From Blastocladiella emersonii ATCC 22665 (Eukaryota; Fungi; Blastocladiomycota): DNA of 20,409 nucleotides. The stretch lies in assembly GCA_025594325.1 (NCBI GenBank), contig JANHCV010000021.1, positions 1 to 20,409 on the forward strand. Reading direction: 5' to 3'. Numbering within the stretch: position 1 is the stretch's first letter; every line of letters begins with the position of its first letter. Positions 17,983 to 20,409 of the stretch are shown one piece after another. Under the pieces are notes generated by a model. The model did not search any database. It was not told the DNA's origin and saw only the letters and a program-made list of their open reading frames with translations. The translations under genes were made by a program, and so were the position numbers.

Positions 17983-18056
17983 GTCTTCGTGGTGTAGTTG
18001 GTTATCACGTCTGTCTAACACACAGACGGTCTCCAGTTCGAACCTGGACGAAGACA
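17983..18056 (+). tRNA. trnV: tRNA-Val(AAC), copy 3
   Basis: Copy of 4377-4450 (+13606). Confidence 0.97.
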
Positions 18057-18140
18057 CTCTTTTTTCTCCTCGAGCTCGCTCGCTTTTCTCGCTACGCAAG
18101 TGCCGCGAGATCAGGATGCAGATCAAGAGACACAGAAGCA

Positions 18141-18212
18141 TCCCAATTGGTCCAGTGGTTAGGATCTCACGCTCTCACCGTGATGGCCGGGGTTCGATTC
18201 CCCGATTGGGAG
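18141..18212 (+). tRNA. trnE: tRNA-Glu(CTC), copy 3
   Basis: Copy of 4535-4606 (+13606). Confidence 0.97.
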
Positions 18213-18355
18213 GAGTTTATTCTTCTTTTGCTCTCGCTCGCTTTTGCTCCGCGTCGTCGCGAGTGGCTCAGCCATAATACGGCGTTGTATTACGCTGTCT
18301 CGATGGCAAAACGAGCGAGTCGAGCGTGTGGCTCGCGCGCGAGAAGGAAAAAAAG

Positions 18356-18428
18356 TGGAGAATCGGGGTATCGATCCCCGTGCCTCTCGCATGCTAAGCG
18401 AGCGCTCTACCATTTGAGCTAATCCCCC
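18356..18428 (-). tRNA. trnA: tRNA-Ala(AGC), copy 3
   Basis: Copy of 4750-4822 (+13606). Confidence 0.97.
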
Positions 18429-18799
18429 ATACTTTTAGACGGTGCAGCGAGCCTCAGATCGCCGAGCTCGGTTGCGGACTTGAACCGCGCGTTTCGCCAT
18501 GTTCCCTTGGGCGGATCGACTCGCGCTTTCAGTATCACGCGTAGCACCACTGGATGCATGTCTCCTCCGAGTTACAGCTCAATCGGCTGCTTGGTGCGTG
18601 AGGGGCGATGTGCGTTGTCCAGGAGCGCTGCATCGTCTGCTGCTCACTCATGCAAGCGCGCGACCCGCTCTCGCGACGCGTTATACTGCGCGACGAAGCG
18701 GTCGACACGCTAGAGCGGTCACTCAGTTGAGAGCTAGTGCGTACGCGATGTAAAAGAGGAGAGAGCGAGCGGCTCTCGATCGAGAAGAATAATAAAAAG

Positions 18800-18872
18800 T
18801 GTCACCTCCGTGGATTGAACACGGGACCTTTAGATCTTCAGTCTAACGCTCTCCCAACTGAGCTAAGGTGAC
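18800..18872 (-). tRNA. trnF: tRNA-Phe(GAA), copy 3
   Basis: Copy of 5194-5266 (+13606). Confidence 0.97.
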
Positions 18873-18986
18873 GTGAATGATCAAGATCGCAACGCGTGGT
18901 GACTCTCACCGCCGTGGCGAAGCTTTAATCGGATCAGGCAGCTCGGGTCGAGGCGATATAGCAGCGCGCTGTTGCTCTATCATCAT

Positions 18987-19069
18987 CCGACCATAGCTCA
19001 GTTGGTAGAGCGGAAGACTGTAGTGATATGGATATCTTTAGGTCCCTGGTTCGAATCCGGGTGGTCGGA
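18987..19069 (+). tRNA. trnY: tRNA-Tyr(GTA) with intron, copy 3
   Basis: Copy of 5381-5463 (+13606). Confidence 0.96.
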
Positions 19070-19279
19070 CACTCTTTTTGCCTTGAGCACGCATCGAATG
19101 ATCGATCACACGCGTGACGCAGCGCACGCTCGTTTTGCAGCTGCGTTGGAGCGAGCCGAATCGACTGAGTCGCTCCCTCGCGCGCGTTCAAGTCTCCTGA
19201 AGCGCGCGTAGCAGCACGCTCGATCAGCAGCATTATTATCAGAGAGGATCGAGTAGCGCAGTTGCTTCGTACGATTGTA

Positions 19280-19352
19280 GCCTTCTTAGCTCAGTTGGCA
19301 GAGCGTCCGCCTAGTAAGCGGAAGGTCAGCAGTTCAAATCTGCTAGGAGGCA
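19280..19352 (+). tRNA. trnT: tRNA-Thr(AGT), copy 3
   Basis: Copy of 5674-5746 (+13606). Confidence 0.97.
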
Positions 19353-19414
19353 TTTTGATTTTTCGTTTTGCGATCGAGCGGCAATAGATGAAACGCAGCG
19401 CGAGCAAAAAGGAG

Positions 19415-19486
19415 CTCTCCGGCCGGGAATCGAACCCGGGCCGCGTGCGTGACAGGCACGAATACTAACCACTATACTACCGGAGA
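19415..19486 (-). tRNA. trnD: tRNA-Asp(GTC), copy 3
   Basis: Copy of 5809-5880 (+13606). Confidence 0.97.
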
Positions 19487-19896
19487 CCTTGATTTGTTAC
19501 GGCTGCTGCAGTACAGGTACTCGCCGCCAGCTCGAGCCGACTTGCGCGAGCGATTACTCGAGACTCACGCAAGCAATCGACCTGATCTCGCGGATACCAG
19601 CTGCTCTCATGCTAGTCGAGAGCTATGCAAAGTCTCGCGCCGATCCGACGAGTCAATTCGTGTGAACGCGCTGTGCACGATTCGCGCGACGCAGCACTCA
19701 TACGCGATCAGCTGGTGTAGCGGGACGCCGATTCCAGCGCGGGCACATGCTTTCGACTCTGTAGCATCCATGGCGCGCCGCCGTTGCGCGAGATCTGCGG
19801 CAGAGTCCCGCGCAAAGCTGCTCGTCGCGACGCTCAAGTCAAAGTCCCTCGATTCGCGACGCGGTACCTGGGCGCTGTGCAGCCCGTCACATCGTT

Positions 19897-19969
19897 GGAC
19901 CTATGGCCAAATGGATAAGGCGCCTGACTACGGATCAGGAGATTCCAGGTTCGATCCCTGGTAGGTTCG
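19897..19969 (+). tRNA. trnR: tRNA-Arg(ACG), copy 3
   Basis: Copy of 6291-6363 (+13606). Confidence 0.97.
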
Positions 19970-20409
19970 CTTTTGCTTCCCTCGCTCGCTCGATCGTTTC
20001 TCCTTTTTGCTCCGCGAGTTCTCACTCGTTTCGCTCTCCACCTCGCCTGCGTGTTCTCTTCAGCATCTCGCTCATTCCTTGTGCGTGTGAAGCGGATCGG
20101 ATGCATCGTCTCGCTTGAGAGCAGAGTCGCGATCAGCTCACTGCATCGCGCAAGTACAGCGGACGCAGCTCGACCCGCATGAAGCGTTGCGTTCAGCTCG
20201 GCAGCGGCGCGTGCTCGACGCACGCACCGCACCGCGCACGCGTCAGAGTCCAGCTCGCTCGCTCACGCTCCGCTCCGCGTCGCGCTTCGCGCGCTCGTAC
20301 CTCCCCCTCCAGAAATACAAAATTTCCCGCTTCTGAGACCACCAGCGCGTAGCGCAAGCTCCGGAGAGTACGCTGGCAGTGATTGCGGGCGGATTCGTGA
20401 GCGCGAGTC

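Larger units (their letters stand above)
13607..20409. repeat. 6,803-bp tRNA-array repeat unit, copy 3
   Basis: Same features offset by 13606; window ends exactly at the unit end (...gcgcgagtc). Confidence 0.98.

Noticed and set aside
31-20336. The short ORFs in the supplied track as protein-coding genes
   Set aside because: Most overlap tRNA genes (e.g. MAQSAERRSHNPKVGSSS is tRNA-Met read as codons) or are Arg/Ala/Ser-rich translations of CG-rich spacer; none resembles a family I recognise. Only 3888-4375 is kept as a weak candidate.
1-20409. Bacterial, phage or organellar tRNA array
   Set aside because: The eight A34 anticodons, C1-G72 Tyr with a 37/38 intron, C73 Pro, A54 Ala, lack of encoded CCA and per-gene oligo-T terminators indicate eukaryotic Pol III genes.

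Overview
The window is exactly three head-to-tail copies of a 6,803-bp unit (1-6803, 6804-13606, 13607-20409). Every internal ORF in the supplied track recurs at +6803 and +13606 with an identical translation. The only difference I noticed is base 1 (A, versus G at 6804 and 13607); I did not align all 20 kb base by base. Each unit carries 18 different eukaryotic nuclear-type tRNA genes (54 in the window) for 16 amino acids: 11 on +, 7 on -, none encoding CCA, each followed by an oligo-T Pol III terminator, and one (Tyr) with a 10-nt intron. The set contains all eight eukaryotic A34 (inosine) tRNAs plus mainly G34/C34 isoacceptors, and lacks Cys, Trp, His, Gln and initiator Met. Each unit also has a ~1.95-kb tRNA-free spacer with tRNA-derived B-box remnants, a 146-bp and a 175-bp degenerate subrepeat, and a CAACAGAT motif that flips orientation. 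A possible decayed coding fragment lies between tRNA-Gly and tRNA-Val. No credible intact protein-coding gene was found. The locus looks like an rDNA-style amplified multi-tRNA cassette from a GC/CpG-rich eukaryote (probably a protist; this is inference), either a chromosomal tandem array or a circular element.
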